A DNA stretch of 64,000 nucleotides from positions 77,686,001-77,750,000 of the forward strand of contig NC_087444.1 in assembly GCF_036321535.1 (NCBI RefSeq), written 5' to 3'. Below the pieces are notes generated by a model. It had not been told where the DNA came from. It did no database searches and was given only the letters and a program-made list of their open reading frames with translations. The translations under genes and the position numbers were made by a program. Origin of the DNA: Camelus dromedarius. Lineage: Eukaryota. Positions 1 through 24,602 of this stretch are shown one piece after another; within the stretch, counting starts at the first letter, position 1, and the number at the start of each line of letters is the position of its first letter.

Positions 1-1606
1 TTTCACTAATAATGTTTTATATTGATTAATGTTGAAATTATGAGATTTCAGCTGTAAAAAGTTGAATAAAATATGCTCCTAGGATTAAATTTACCTGTCT
101 TGTTTTACTTTTTAAAATGTAGCTAATAAAAAAAGAAGTTTGAGTTACATATGTGGCTTGCATTGCATTTGTACTGGACAAATGGACAAATCCAATTTGT
201 GCTGTTCTGGGGGTCAGCCCCCACCCTCTCCTTGATTTCCTACCCAAAGCACTTCCATGCCCGTATTTTCTCTCTCTTTGGTTTCTAAGACACAGCACCT
301 TCTCCTGATTCTCTTCCTATATCTCCGGCTGTCCCATTGCTGTCTCCTTGTCCCCTGATGAGAGTTTTGCCCTTTGATTCATTCATAGGATACTCTTGGG
401 ATTAATGTCATTCACTCTTATGACATTGACTATCATCCATTACTGGGGATTCATCAACTCTATCTCCACCCCAGACTCTCTCCTAAACCCCAGACTTAAG
501 TTAACAGACATTTTCTGCTTTCGGACACACTGTGCCCCAGCTGAGCTGATCTGCCCTCTCACCTGAACCTTCATGCCAGCCTCCTCCCTGGCCTCCCAGC
601 CTCCAGCTGTCCACCTTTGGTTCATCTTCCTTCAGGACTCCAGAGGGCCTTTCTAACACCCAGATCTAACCCTTAAGACAAAGTCCAATCAACTCAGCCT
701 GGCATTCAGAGCCGTTCTCCATCTGGCCCCAGCCAGCTTCTCCAGTGTCTTCTCTCTTCGCGCACAGACACACACCACATTTCAAGCTTCCCTGGCCATG
801 TCATGTGCCTTCGTGCCCCTGGGCCTTTGCACATGCTCTTCTCTCTGCCTGCCATGCCTCTCCCTTGATATTCTCCACCCCCTGAGGTCTTCCCTTGATG
901 CCAAGGCATGCATGTGCTCTCTCAGCTGGGTCTGACCCTCTGCCTCCTCTGTTCAAAACCCTTTCAAGGCTCCTCAGTGCCCTGGCTTCCTAGGTCCCAT
1001 CCCCCTAGGCACAGTGAAATTCACACTGCTGTCCACCCAGGTCCATAGAATTTCTGCCTCTCATGCTTGGATTGCTGCCTCCTTGCATCTCCAAGCTTTG
1101 GCCCCAATGTCATCTCCTCCGGGGCTCTTCTCCCCACTCCATGAGCTCTTATAGCCTCCACCGGTCTGCCCAGTTTGTGATCCTCCTCATCAGAATGACC
1201 TGTGTCTGCACCTGTTCCCTGAAAGACTGGCTTAGACCCAACCACCAGACTTTGTGCATGCCACACCACTTCCTGGTCTACAGTCTCTCTCCTTCAGCTA
1301 GCAAACACCTTGTCCCTCAGGACTCAGGCATCACCTCCCCTGGGAAGCCTTCCGTGATTGCCTAGGGTCCTCTTCTGTGCTACCATTGCTGTATCTGGGT
1401 CTGTTTCACTAACAGGGCAGCCAGGGTCTGACTCGCCAAACAGTGGGAAGTTCTCTGGAAATGTTTGCTGAAAGAAGGAATCACTGTCCTATTGCCTGTT
1501 TCCATGTCTCCACTTTCCTTCTCTGCCTTTTTTGCATCCTGTCCCTGGAACTGGGGGATATATTTAGGATGACTTAATTGAGGCCCCCACTCCCCTAGGA
1601 TCTCAC

Positions 1607-3140
1607 CTTGGTTTGGGGCGCTCCTCTTCTGGTAGAGGAATACAAAGAGATAATTAGCAAGAGTTCATGGGGGTGGGTGTGACACACTCAAATGAGAGAA
1701 ACCAACCCCCACCCAAGCCTTGGTCCCCAAAGCCCAGTTCCCTTCTCTTGCAGCTCAGGGGGAGGGGTGAGGTGAGGGGATAAAAGAGGATAAGGGAAGT
1801 CAGGGTGGCCATAAAGGAGGGGGAGGGTCACACGCATCAGATATACATTCAGAACTGGTATGGGGATCCCCTCCCACTTCTCTGGGAACCCAGGCGTCCA
1901 AACCCCTAGCCTTTCCTTCTCCGCATCCAGAGCTCCTGCCCTCCTCCATCAAGACCTAGCAGTGCAGGGATGCCCCAAGCCCTCTCTTCACTCGCTGACC
2001 TAGCAGTTGTGTCCCCGTCCCCATTGGGAACACAAGAATCCAGACTCCCACTGCTAGACCCTTCTGCACCTCAGGCCCCAAGCTTTGAATGTATATGGAG
2101 GAGAAAAATAACAGACAGGCGAAGATGAGACGGGGGAGGGGTGCCTCTCCGCAAACATCCAACCCTTCTATAAGTATTCCTCCAGTCTGGGGAAGAAGGT
2201 TTGGGTGTCGGTCTCTTTAAGAAGGAAGGGAACGGGTTAAAGCCTCTGCGAGGCTATTTCCCTTCATGGCCACCAGAGGGCGCGCGAGCTCTCCAGGGCT
2301 TAAAGGACCGGGCCTGGGGCGGGTTACAGGGATGCGCAGGGAGTCAACGTCGAGATCAGGGCCCCGAGGGCCCGCGAAATCGCTCTCAGGAAGCGAAGCA
2401 GCCGCGGTTACCTGGCTCTGCCACCGGCTCCGGCTCCTCGGGGGCTGGGGAGGGGGCAGGAGGAGAAGCGGGGATTTGGGGAGCCAGGGGAGGGGAGAGG
2501 CCATGCCCGGATGCAGGAGGGGGAGAGAGGGGAGAGAGGGAGAGGCTGTTAAAGGAACTGAGGCCGAGGTTGTGGGGAGCCCCGTCCTCCGCCCAGCAGG
2601 CACCCTGGACCAGCGTTCCCACCCCACCCAGCCCCCGAGCCCCGTCTCCAGCTCCAGACCTGCGGAGTCCAGGGCCTCACCTTCCTCCTCCTCAGCAGCT
2701 TCCTCTTCTGGAAGGGGTGGGGGAGAGAAGAGGAGCCGTTAGGAGCCCAGGGGGTCGGGGGCGACAGGGCCTTCAGATGAGGGAACAGAGTGGGTGAGTG
2801 GGTAGAGACCCGGGCTCGGGTTCGAGTCAGCTGGGCCGGGGAACCCCCCTGGGTCTCAGCTGCATGTGCGCTCAGTGAGCTCTTCCCGTTGGCTGTACGG
2901 ACCGGGACGGTGGGCATCGGTCGGGTGGGCTAAGATGCACCAAGGTGTCCCCAAGCCCCCCAAGGCCAGCCCACACTCCACTCACCTTCAGGCTGCTCCC
3001 TGAAGACCCGGGTGGGAAGGAAAGAGGGAGGAGGAGAGTTAGGCGCGTTGGAGGTGAGACATGTCTCCACCGCTCCAAGCCCCCAGCCCTCCCGGCAGCA
3101 TCACTCACTCTTCATATTCCTGCTCTTCGGCGTCCGACAT
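1607..3140 (-). CDS. TNNT1: Slow skeletal troponin T, 5' part (coding exons 2-6; the rest lies beyond position 1)
   Basis: Exons 3109-3140 (ATG at 3138-3140), 2986-2999, 2681-2707, 2412-2444 and 1607-1628 (32, 14, 27, 33, 22 nt). All have AG/GT boundaries and stay in phase. They translate to MSDAEEQEYEEEQPEEEEAAEEEEAPEEPEPVAEPEEERPKP, the acidic slow TnT N-terminus. Confidence 0.96.
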
Positions 3141-3205
3141 CTTGGTGTGACCTATGCGCCGCAGAGAACAGGCAGAATGAGGTGGGGGCCAGAGGGAGGA
3201 GGGAC

Positions 3206-3336
3206 NNNNNNNNNNNNNNNNNNNNNNNNNNNNNNNNNNNNNNNNNNNNNNNNNNNNNNNNNNNNNNNNNNNNNNNNNNNNNNNNNNNNNNNNNNNNNNN
3301 NNNNNNNNNNNNNNNNNNNNNNNNNNNNNNNNNNNN
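3206..3336. other. Assembly gap (131 N) in TNNT1 intron 1
   Basis: Run of N. Confidence 1.
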
Positions 3337-4445
3337 CCCCTAAACCTCCGGTGAAGACAGGGCGTTGGGAGGTGTGGTCCCGGCAAAGCTCCAAGGCTGC
3401 AGCCCCCACCCCCGCAGCACAGCTGTCCTCCTTTGTCTTATGACAAGTCCATAGGAACCTGATCTGAGTCGGGATTAGGAGAAGGCATTTGGGAAGGCAG
3501 TGTCCTGAAGACAATAGCTGCTCCACCCCCAGGATCTATTTCAGGGGGGTGTCGTAGAGGGTGAAACTGAGGACATCTCCTGAGAAGCATTCGAGGAGGG
3601 GGGAGGTTTCTGGGAGAATGAATCACACCCCCTTCCCACTCCCACCCCCAGACCCCCCTCCCCTTTGGCTGCTTATCTGCCCTCCTGTCCCCTCCTTTCA
3701 CCTTCACCCACTGCCATGGAGGGGACAGGTCACATCAAGAGCAGCTTTGCAACAGACCTCATACTGACCCCTAAATACTTAGACCCCCAATCTCTGAGAT
3801 CCCCAAGGTGCCCAGGTTAAGAGAGTCCCCCCAAATCCCAATACACACAGACCCCAATTTATGAATTCTGAAAACCATTCTGAAAACCTCATATCTTCAG
3901 ACTGAGACCCCCAACTGCTACCCCAGATGATGGACCCAGACACCCTAAAATATTGACCCCTAGGTCTTGACACCCCAAATTCTGAAGCTTCAAGATCACA
4001 AGACCCCAAAATCTGGGTGCCCAAACTCAGGGGCCTGATTTATGATACCCAAAAATATGACACTACAAATTCTGGTCCCTCCAGTCCTAAGACCTGAGAT
4101 CCTGAGACCTCAATTCCTAAATTCCAAGATTCTGAGAAATGCCACCCCCATCCCAGTCTTGACACCCAAACTGTCTGCCATCCAAGACTGCCATGAGACT
4201 CCCAATTTCTGAGATTCCTTCCAACTCAGACCTCTGAGGCCCCAAGGTGATATATTTTGGCACCCCCAAATTGTATAACCACCCAATCCTAAAACATTTC
4301 CCTCCATCCCCAGTTCCCCTGAAGACTGACCCGCTTAAATTCCCAGACCTTCGTTTTTCATGCCCCCTCTGCCTGGTTACCTCTTCACACGTCTCACATC
4401 TCCCACCCTCTGCCCCCTCCCCAAAGAGACAGCAGGGCTGGTTAC

Positions 4446-4520
4446 CTGAGGCTGGGTCAGCAGAGGTGTAGGCGGTAGGGCTGAGTATTGCCGGGCAGGC
4501 TGGAGCACCCCGTTTTATAG
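4446..4520 (-). promoter_or_regulatory. TNNT1: Putative TNNT1 TATA box and non-coding exon 1
   Basis: CTATAAAA on the minus strand at 4513-4520, a GC box just upstream, and a splice donor CAG|gtaacc at 4446/4445. The TSS near 4485-4490 is inferred. Confidence 0.65.
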
Positions 4521-4849
4521 CCGGAGGCTCGGCCCCGCCTCTGATGACTGGGAGAGGGTTGGGGAGAGAATTCCTTTCCTCAAACACTCAGCCCGGCTCC
4601 AAGAATGCCCTGCCCCCACTCTGGCTCCAAGTTCGGGACCCAGGCACCTCCTAGCTGCTCCAAGTCCTCTCTCCCTCACCCCAAAAGCATTTCTCAGGAA
4701 TTGTGGGCTGGGCCAGACCACCCTCAGGCTCCCCAGCTCACAAAGCAGGCAGCACACTCTGCTCCGAAGCCCCCAGGCTCGGCACAGAGTACGTCCCTGG
4801 GGAATGCTTTTTGATGACAGGGGTACAAGGGACGATTTCTCTCCACGGT

Positions 4850-5720
4850 CTCATGTCTTTCTCTGGGTCTCTCCTGGCCTCCACCTCCCATACCCCGTTT
4901 CTGTCTGTCTCTCCTTTGTCTCTGTGACTCTCCATCTGTTTCTCTGTGTGTCTGTCTCCGCTTCTCAGCCTCCGCACTCTGTCTGTCCATCACCCTGCAC
5001 AGCCCTCCCCACCCCCATCTCTTTGTCTGCCACCAGGATTCCACCCTGGTGACAACAGGCGCTAAAGCAGGGAAACAGGTGTGTGTTGGGGGAGGGGGAG
5101 GGGGTGTCAGGCCCACAGGACCTCACATCCCCCACCTCCATCTGACACTGATCTTTTTTGGTATCCCCTCCCCCTTCCCAGCCAAGCCACGACCTTGAAC
5201 TCTAGGGGATTCCTCACCCTTCTCAGTGGCTCTGGCTCTGGCTCTCTGTTTCCATTTCTCTGCATTTCTCCATGGCCGGCTTAGGGGCTCTCTTTGGCCT
5301 CTCTCTGTATCTCTGTGTCTCTGACTTCTTCACTCTGCATGTCTCTCCCCTCCTTCCTCTCTCTGCATTTCTGTGGATGTCTCTGCGTATCTGCTGCTGT
5401 TTGTCTGTCTTTTGATGTCTGTGTCTCCTGGTCTGTGACCTGGTTTCTGTCTGTCTTTAGCTCTGTGTCTGTCTCTACCTTTCTAGCTCGTTTTTTCGGT
5501 GGGGGGGTCCTCTTTATGTCTCTGTGGTCCTCCCTCTGTGGGTCCTCGCTTCTGCCTCTCCCAAGGCGAGGGCATCACTGGGCTTGGCTGTGTGTATCTG
5601 TTGCTCTGCTTTCCCTTTCTGTCAACTTCTTTCTATGAATCTCTGTCTCTGGCTGGCTCTCTCTCCCTGTGTCTCTGACCCAGTCTGTCTGTCCCTCCGT
5701 GTGTCTGTCTGACTTGGGCC
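4850..5720. repeat. CT/TG-rich low-complexity tract between TNNI3 and TNNT1
   Basis: Dense tctctg/tgtctc/ctgtgt units on the + strand. Confidence 0.75.
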
Positions 5721-5905
5721 TTGGTCTCGGCACCTCTGTGCACCCACAAGTGGAGCAGAGGAGCTGAGAACGCCCCATATTGGAGAGCCAGCTCTGATCC
5801 TGCTGTGCTGTGTGGCTTTGGGGAGCCCTGCCCTCAGTTCTGCCTCTCTCACACCTAAGCCCACCAGAGGGTAGACACACAGCCACTCCCAGCTCAGAGA
5901 GAAGC

Positions 5906-5911
5906 TTTATT
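5906..5911 (-). terminator. TNNI3: TNNI3 polyadenylation signal AATAAA
   Basis: tttatt on + strand, about 55 nt after the TGA stop. Confidence 0.85.
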
Positions 5912-5964
5912 CCTCAGGGCCATGTCAGGGCCAGGGCCGGGGCCAGAGCCATGCATAGGCCGGC

Positions 5965-9184
<3,220 letters not shown>

Positions 9185-9329
9185 GCTGGGTCTCAGGCCA
9201 AGAGTTGGGGGACGCAGAGAAGGGGGTAAGGGGCTCTTCTTGGAAGGTCGGTATGGGGGCGTCCGGCTGACCTTGAAGGCCCCTGGGACTTCCGTCTTGT
9301 CCGGTCTGCTCAAGCTTCACTGAGGACAC

Positions 9330-9430
9330 TGAGATAAAGGGCGAGGACAGAGACTAAATATACTGCTGCCCCCTCCTCCCCTTGCCCATGATTCGAGATA
9401 ACGGGGCGCGTGAGGGGTGGGGCGGGCTGT
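9330..9430 (-). promoter_or_regulatory. TNNI3: TNNI3 cardiac proximal promoter (A/T-rich TATA/MEF2-like element, two GATA sites, CACC/GC boxes)
   Basis: AGATAA at 9332-9337 and 9396-9401, CTAAATATAC at 9354-9363, and G-rich CACC/Sp1-type boxes at about 9412-9428. This matches the established architecture of the cTnI promoter. Confidence 0.75.
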
Positions 9431-9479
9431 GCTCCAGCTGGCTCACCCCTCCACCTTGGTGGCCTGAGAATTTAGCCCC

Positions 9480-9630
9480 CCCTCCCACCAACCCAGGAGT
9501 CTAGACCCCCAAACTCCCCTCCCTCAGACCCAAGAGTCCGGATCCCCAGCCCCTCATCCCTCAGACCCAGGATTCTGGGCCTCCAGTCCCCTTCAACATC
9601 AGACCCAGGGGTCTAGGTCCCACCCCCTCA
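9480..9630 (+). repeat. ~37-bp minisatellite (CCCAGCCCCTCCTCCCTCAGACCCAGGAGTCCAGG-like), 4 copies
   Basis: ACCCAR anchors at 9491, 9528, 9565 and 9603 give spacings of 37, 37 and 38 bp. Confidence 0.85.
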
Positions 9631-10376
9631 CTAAACTGCAATCTCCATGAGGGCTGGAACTTTGTCTTTCTCACCAACTTTGGTCAGTTTCAGTGCCCCA
9701 AACCTGTTAGCCAATCGATAAATTTTTCTGATTTATGAGGATCTAGGTGTGGGGTGCCTATGTTCTCAGCAGGCAGCACAGAGAAATTCACCCCTAGTCC
9801 ATTTGGAAACCCAGAAATCTGGTCTCTGGTCTCCTTTCTTGACCACTCCTGCCCCTCCCCTGGAGACAGACTGAAGGCAGGAAAGACACACGGACACAAG
9901 GAGAAGAGGACTCTCTTTACTTGACCAGCCCCGCAAAAGGAGACACTCCTAGCCCCTGGTTAGGAATGGGATACCTGGCGACAAGGGGACAAGCAAAAGG
10001 CCCAAGCCCTAGGGGACCTCCAGCCTGCGTTTAGTCTCAGGAGTGGAATGTAGAACTCGGAGAACAATCTAGAATTCTAAGGATAAAATATAGAATCCCA
10101 AGGATGGAGCCTGAAATTCTGGCGACACCTCTGGGGCTGAGTGAGAATGTTGAAAGTGAAGTTGCATATTCTAGAGGCGGGTTCTAATTCTAGAATCTGA
10201 CTTTAGAGATTAGAAATGTGGAGCTGACTCCTTGTAGGTGGAGCCAAAGCCTCTGAGGATGAAGCCTGAGACTCTGAGGGCAGGTTGAGGGTTTCCGAGG
10301 GTGGGACCCGGCCTTCGAGGGGCTGGGTCAGGTCCTCAGAGGGCGGGTTGGTTGCCCCAAGGGGCGGGACCAGGAC

Positions 10377-15371
<4,995 letters not shown>

Positions 15372-15450
15372 TCAAGTCTGCATCGCCCACCCATTCCCCT
15401 CTCACCTCCGCTGACTTCTCGCCCCTTTCTTCCGTGTGACACCCCCTCAC

Positions 15451-15720
15451 CTTTATCCTTCCAGATAACCCGAGAGGCCCCCTCCCTCCTTGCTCGGAGC
15501 TGCGCTGCTGTCCCACGCCCCTATATAACGGCTGCCCGTAGTCCCCGCCCTTTCCGATCAATAGGCCAATGGGAGTGTGCAGGTTGGCACCGCCGCTATC
15601 AACTGACCAATGAGAGCGAGCGAGACCTGCCAGCTACGAACTTTTGGCCAATGGGAAGACTGAGGGACGTACCAGGTTTGTGAAAGAGGAGGGCGTGTGG
15701 ACGCGGTTGTCATGACGACG
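15451..15720 (-). promoter_or_regulatory. DNAAF3: DNAAF3 promoter and non-coding first exon(s): TATA-like element, CCAAT boxes, RFX X-box
   Basis: Donor AAG|gtgag at 15451/15450, TTATATAG (minus) at 15521-15528, CCAAT elements near 15567, 15607 and 15648, X-box GTTGTCATGACGAC at 15706-15719, and a second donor CTG|gtacgt at 15673/15672. Confidence 0.65.
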
Positions 15721-15849
15721 GCGCTGGAACAGAAGGGGCGGATCCAGAAGAGACTGGGGCAGAGCCTGGGGCAGTCCAATTTAGACAGAACAGAACAGAC
15801 CCCTCACATCCTGGCTCTACCAGACAGGGCTTCTCACCAGGTGGGACAT

Positions 15850-16035
15850 ACAGCCAAGTGCTAGCTGGTTGTTAAATTTTTAGGAATTTTGTGACCTATT
15901 GTTACACACAATCATGACTAAAAATTAAACTTTTTACTAAATTAATTACTAAAAATTCCAATTAAATAATTGCATTAAAATAAATGTAATCATACTCAAA
16001 ACTCATCACTTCCTATTTTATTATACTTTACTAGC
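15850..16035. mobile_element. Ancient hAT DNA transposon remnant (MER63-like)
   Basis: Motifs ttgttaaatttt-aggaattttg, aaaaattaaa and atactcaaaactcatcacttcct recalled from the MER63 consensus; not searched. Confidence 0.55.
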
Positions 16036-16989
16036 TGGGGATCTTCCTCAGAGTTCTGCTCTTGCCTTCCCAGCAGAAGGCCACACTGCTGTCTACCCTG
16101 TGACTCCCACTACTTTATATTCCGGGTCAAGGAGCTAGAGAATGTGGCTTTGGGTGCCAGACAGACATGGCTGGGCTTACACCTTGTTCTGTCACTTGCT
16201 GGCTGAGAGGCCACGGCCAGGTGACTTAACTTGTCTGTGAGTGCCACAAGGACAGGGACTCAAGTAAGATACATCTCCAGAAAAACCCTAGTGCCCAGCC
16301 CAGGGCACAGAATCCACAGAGCCTTGGTCCTCTGCCTCCTCTCCTCATCCAGCTGCATGAACTTAGACAAGTCAGTCACACCATCTGTGCCTGTTTCCTG
16401 CTCTGTGAAATGGGACTGGGCTCATGCAGCTGGCAGGAGTGTGGCAGATTGAAAGCAGTTCCATCTGCCTTCTGAGGACAGTTCTGGGCACTGGAAAGGA
16501 AATGAAGGCTAAGATTTCAGCGGTCCCTCCAGGAGTGAGTCAGCCAACCCGTGGCTCCTCCTGAGTCAGCCTCAGCCCATTAGAGCCCCAGATCCTGACT
16601 TTCTCCAGCAAAGCTTAATGCTTGTCACCTCCATCACCACCGCTCTCCGCAATGCCTTCTCCATGGAGGGGCCAGAGTAATCTTACAAGTACTCCAAACC
16701 ATGCCACTCCCCTCTAACACCCTCCTGAGGTTTCCCCCTGCAGATAGATCAATCCCAGCCCCATAATTCCACCTCCCAGGTCCCATGGGATCTGGCTCTT
16801 GGCTGTGTCTCTTACATCATGCCCTATCCCCCAACCCCCTACCCCGATCCGGTACCACCCTCCCTCCAGCTACACTGCCTTCTGGCTCTTTTGAGAATAT
16901 ATCAAGCCTGTTCCTGCCCCAGGGCCTTTGCAAGGAACTTGAGGTTCCTCCTGCCTGGAATTTTCTTCCCCTTCATCTTTGTGGGTTTT

Positions 16990-17560
16990 AAAAATTGTGA
17001 TAAAATACACACAACATGAAGTTTACCATTAATGACATTAGGTACATTCACAGCCTTGTGCAACTATCACTACTCTCTAGTTCCAGAAATGTGTCATCAC
17101 TGCATAAGAAGACCTCATACCTATTAATCAGTCACTCCCCATTTCTCCCTCTCCCTAGTCCCTCAATACACTAATTAACTTTTGTCCCTCTATAGATTTG
17201 CCTATTCTAGACATTTCATATAGATGAATTCATATAATATGTGGTCTTTTTTGTCTGGTTTCTTTCACTTAAAATCGTGCGGGTTTTTTGTGGGGGAGGG
17301 CATAGCTCAGTGAGAGTATGCGCCTAGCATGCACAAGGTCCTGGGTTCAATCCCCAGTACCTCCATTAAAAACAAACAAATAAATAAGTAAACCTAATTA
17401 CTCCCTCAAAAAAAAAAAAAGATTAAGAAAAAAGAATAAACAGATCTTTTAAAAATAAAATTAAAATAAAGATAGGAAAAAAAGTGTTTTCAAGGGTCAT
17501 CATGCTATAGCACGAATCAGTACGTCATTTCTTTTTATGCCATTGTATTTCCCCTTCATC
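16990..17560 (-). mobile_element. Old L1 3'-end fragment interrupted by a SINE
   Basis: Typical antisense L1 3' text (tgtgcaactatcac...ctattctagacatttcatata...tctttcactt...tgttttcaagg) flanking the SINE. Confidence 0.7.
17292..17465 (+). mobile_element. tRNA-derived SINE, camelid (Vic-1)-like
   Basis: gggggagggcatagctcagt head with A-box, B-box gggttcaatccc, then ccagtacctcc and an A-rich tail. Confidence 0.8.
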
Positions 17561-18917
17561 TTTACAATCCTCATGCCTTCTTGTCATGCAGATCACAGCC
17601 TAAGTGCTACCTCTTCAGGGAAGCTGTCCCTGACCACCCTTTGTACATCATCTTGGCCCATACTAATTTCCTTCCAAACTGGTCACTGTTTGTAATGGTT
17701 GTAGACTTCTCATTTACCTTGTTAAGCCATGGAACCAGGGATGCCAATGCCATCATCTAACTCAGAACAGATTCAGCCCCGGATTTAGACAAGGACTTCC
17801 TGACTGTAGGAGCCTGAGCGGGTCATGTTAATTCCCTGAAGCACAGCCTTCTCATTTGTCAACTGGGAATAATGATTGTGTCTACTTCATGAGGTTGTTG
17901 GAGGATTATTATCAGAAGCAGTAGCAGTAATAGTAATAATACACAGTACTGTCTTTATAAAGATGTCCCCTCACTCATACATGAGAAATTACTGCATTCC
18001 TTTGGAGAAAAAAATTTTTTTAATCTCATGGGCCTCACAACCTAGGTAACTGATCTGATTTCCCCTTTCCCACTGGCTACTAGAAAGCCTAGGGGGATAA
18101 GTTTGTACTCTGCGCCTTTCCTTAGAACGTGGGAGTACTTTTTGGCTGATTTTAAACTTAACCTGCTGCTCTGAGAGCTCACTTGCCAAATTTCATGGAC
18201 CTATGTCTGCCACCTGTCTGGAATGAGATGGAGGAAAAACCAGTGAAACAACCATCTTTCCTAGACACAGACTGACAGAATTTGTTGAAAGCAGAATGAG
18301 GCGTAGTTGCAACCACTGTCTCTCCTTGTGTAAATCTTTCTCTCATTCTCTGGAGATTTCATTCCCAGATCTTGCACAGCTACTTTGTTTCTTTGATGAG
18401 AGCAAGTTGCTTGGAAGTAAAGTCTGAATTTGCATCTATTAGGGTTCCCAGCATCCAACAGAAGCTGGTACACAGAAGACCTCAGGGAATACAGAATGGA
18501 TGGATGATGCAAGGAAGAAAGGAAGGAAGGGAGGGGAAAATATGGGTAGGAAAATCTATGTGAATCATGGGTGAGGGAGCAGATAAAGTCATGAATAAGT
18601 AAGTGAGTTCTCATTGACTCCTCACAGCAAACATACAGGAGGCATTCCTATTACCATGATTTTTTCAGATGAGGAAACCGAAGGTTGGAGGAGTGACTGA
18701 ATGAATAAATGAAGGAGTGAATGGGACAGTGAGTAGGTGAGAGGATAGATGGATGAAGGGGGTGGGGGTGGGGTTCCCTGTGTGTTTCCAGGATGGGCAG
18801 CTCTATCCCTGCCCTTGTGTGGACTCACCCCTGGAGGTTCCCTCTTGGGTTCCCGGCCCATGCCCCTGCCCACCCCCAACACGGAGCACCGGGCCAGGCC
18901 AGCAAAGTTGCTAAGTA

Positions 18918-18923
18918 TTTATT
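18918..18923 (-). terminator. SYT5: Putative SYT5 polyadenylation signal AATAAA
   Basis: tttatt on + strand, about 340 nt after the stop. Confidence 0.55.
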
Positions 18924-19258
18924 TGGTCCCAGGAGTGGTGCAGGGATCAGACTGGGGCCAGGAGTGGGTGATCCTATGCAGGGAAAAGGGCACTGGGAGT
19001 CAAGGGGATAGTAGGCTGGGGTCACTGATTGTCAAAGCAGAGGGTGGGACCCTGGAGTCGGGGAGGGGAGACTGCCCCCCTCCCCCAGGGGCCCCTGGGG
19101 CTTCTGCGTGGTTGGGGAGTTGGCAAGTTATCATGATTGGAGTAATGGAGGGGGAGAAGGCAGGAATGGGTGGGGGTGTTAGCGTTCAGAGAAGGCTTAA
19201 ATGTGCGCATGGGCGTGGTTTGGGCCAGGAGTCTGGGGTCAGGGCTTGAGGGTGGGGA

Positions 19259-24153
<4,895 letters not shown>

Positions 24154-24518
24154 GGCGGCGGGGTCTTATGGTTCTTTCTGCGGAGGCACCCAAGCGCCCT
24201 AGCACCCCAACACCCATCCCATGCACCCATTGAGCTCTCTGAACAACAAAGAACTCCAACTCCCATCGGCACCCTGGGCAGCTGGTTGTACAGGACATGG
24301 CCAGACGCCGCGAGGCATGCTGGGGGCTGTAGTTTCTTTCTGCGACAGAGGGCGGGGGCTGGGAGTGAATTCCGGGAGCTAGTTCCATCCCAAAGCGACG
24401 CCCCCTCCCTCCAAGGCCCCCCAGGAATCCAATTCCGCTCATTTCTGCCCCTTCTCGGCCCTTCCCCAGGGCTTGAACCGGAAGTGGGCGAAGGCGGGCG
24501 TGGGAACCAGTGCACCAG

Positions 24519-24602
24519 GTTGCCCAGAGCAACTGCTGGCTCCGCTAGGGCGGGGTGAAGGCAACGCTGGTTGCCCCGGCAACGGCCTGTTGCCAGGACA
24601 AC
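24519..24602. promoter_or_regulatory. Cluster of three RFX X-boxes in SYT5 intron 1
   Basis: GTTGCCCAGAGCAAC 24519-24533, GTTGCCCCGGCAAC 24570-24583, GTTGCCAGGACAAC 24589-24602, and a half-site GGCAAC at 24560-24565. An ETS/GABP-type CCGGAAGT lies at 24478-24485. Confidence 0.7.

Noticed and set aside
1607-2999. TNNT1 microexons of 14-33 nt
   Set aside because: Well-established troponin T gene structure (including the alternatively spliced 33-nt exon), so not novel.
17292-17370. tRNA-like sequence with A and B boxes (also 46031-46100)
   Set aside because: It lacks a complete cloverleaf/acceptor stem and is followed by a SINE body and poly(A) tail, so it is a SINE and not a tRNA gene.
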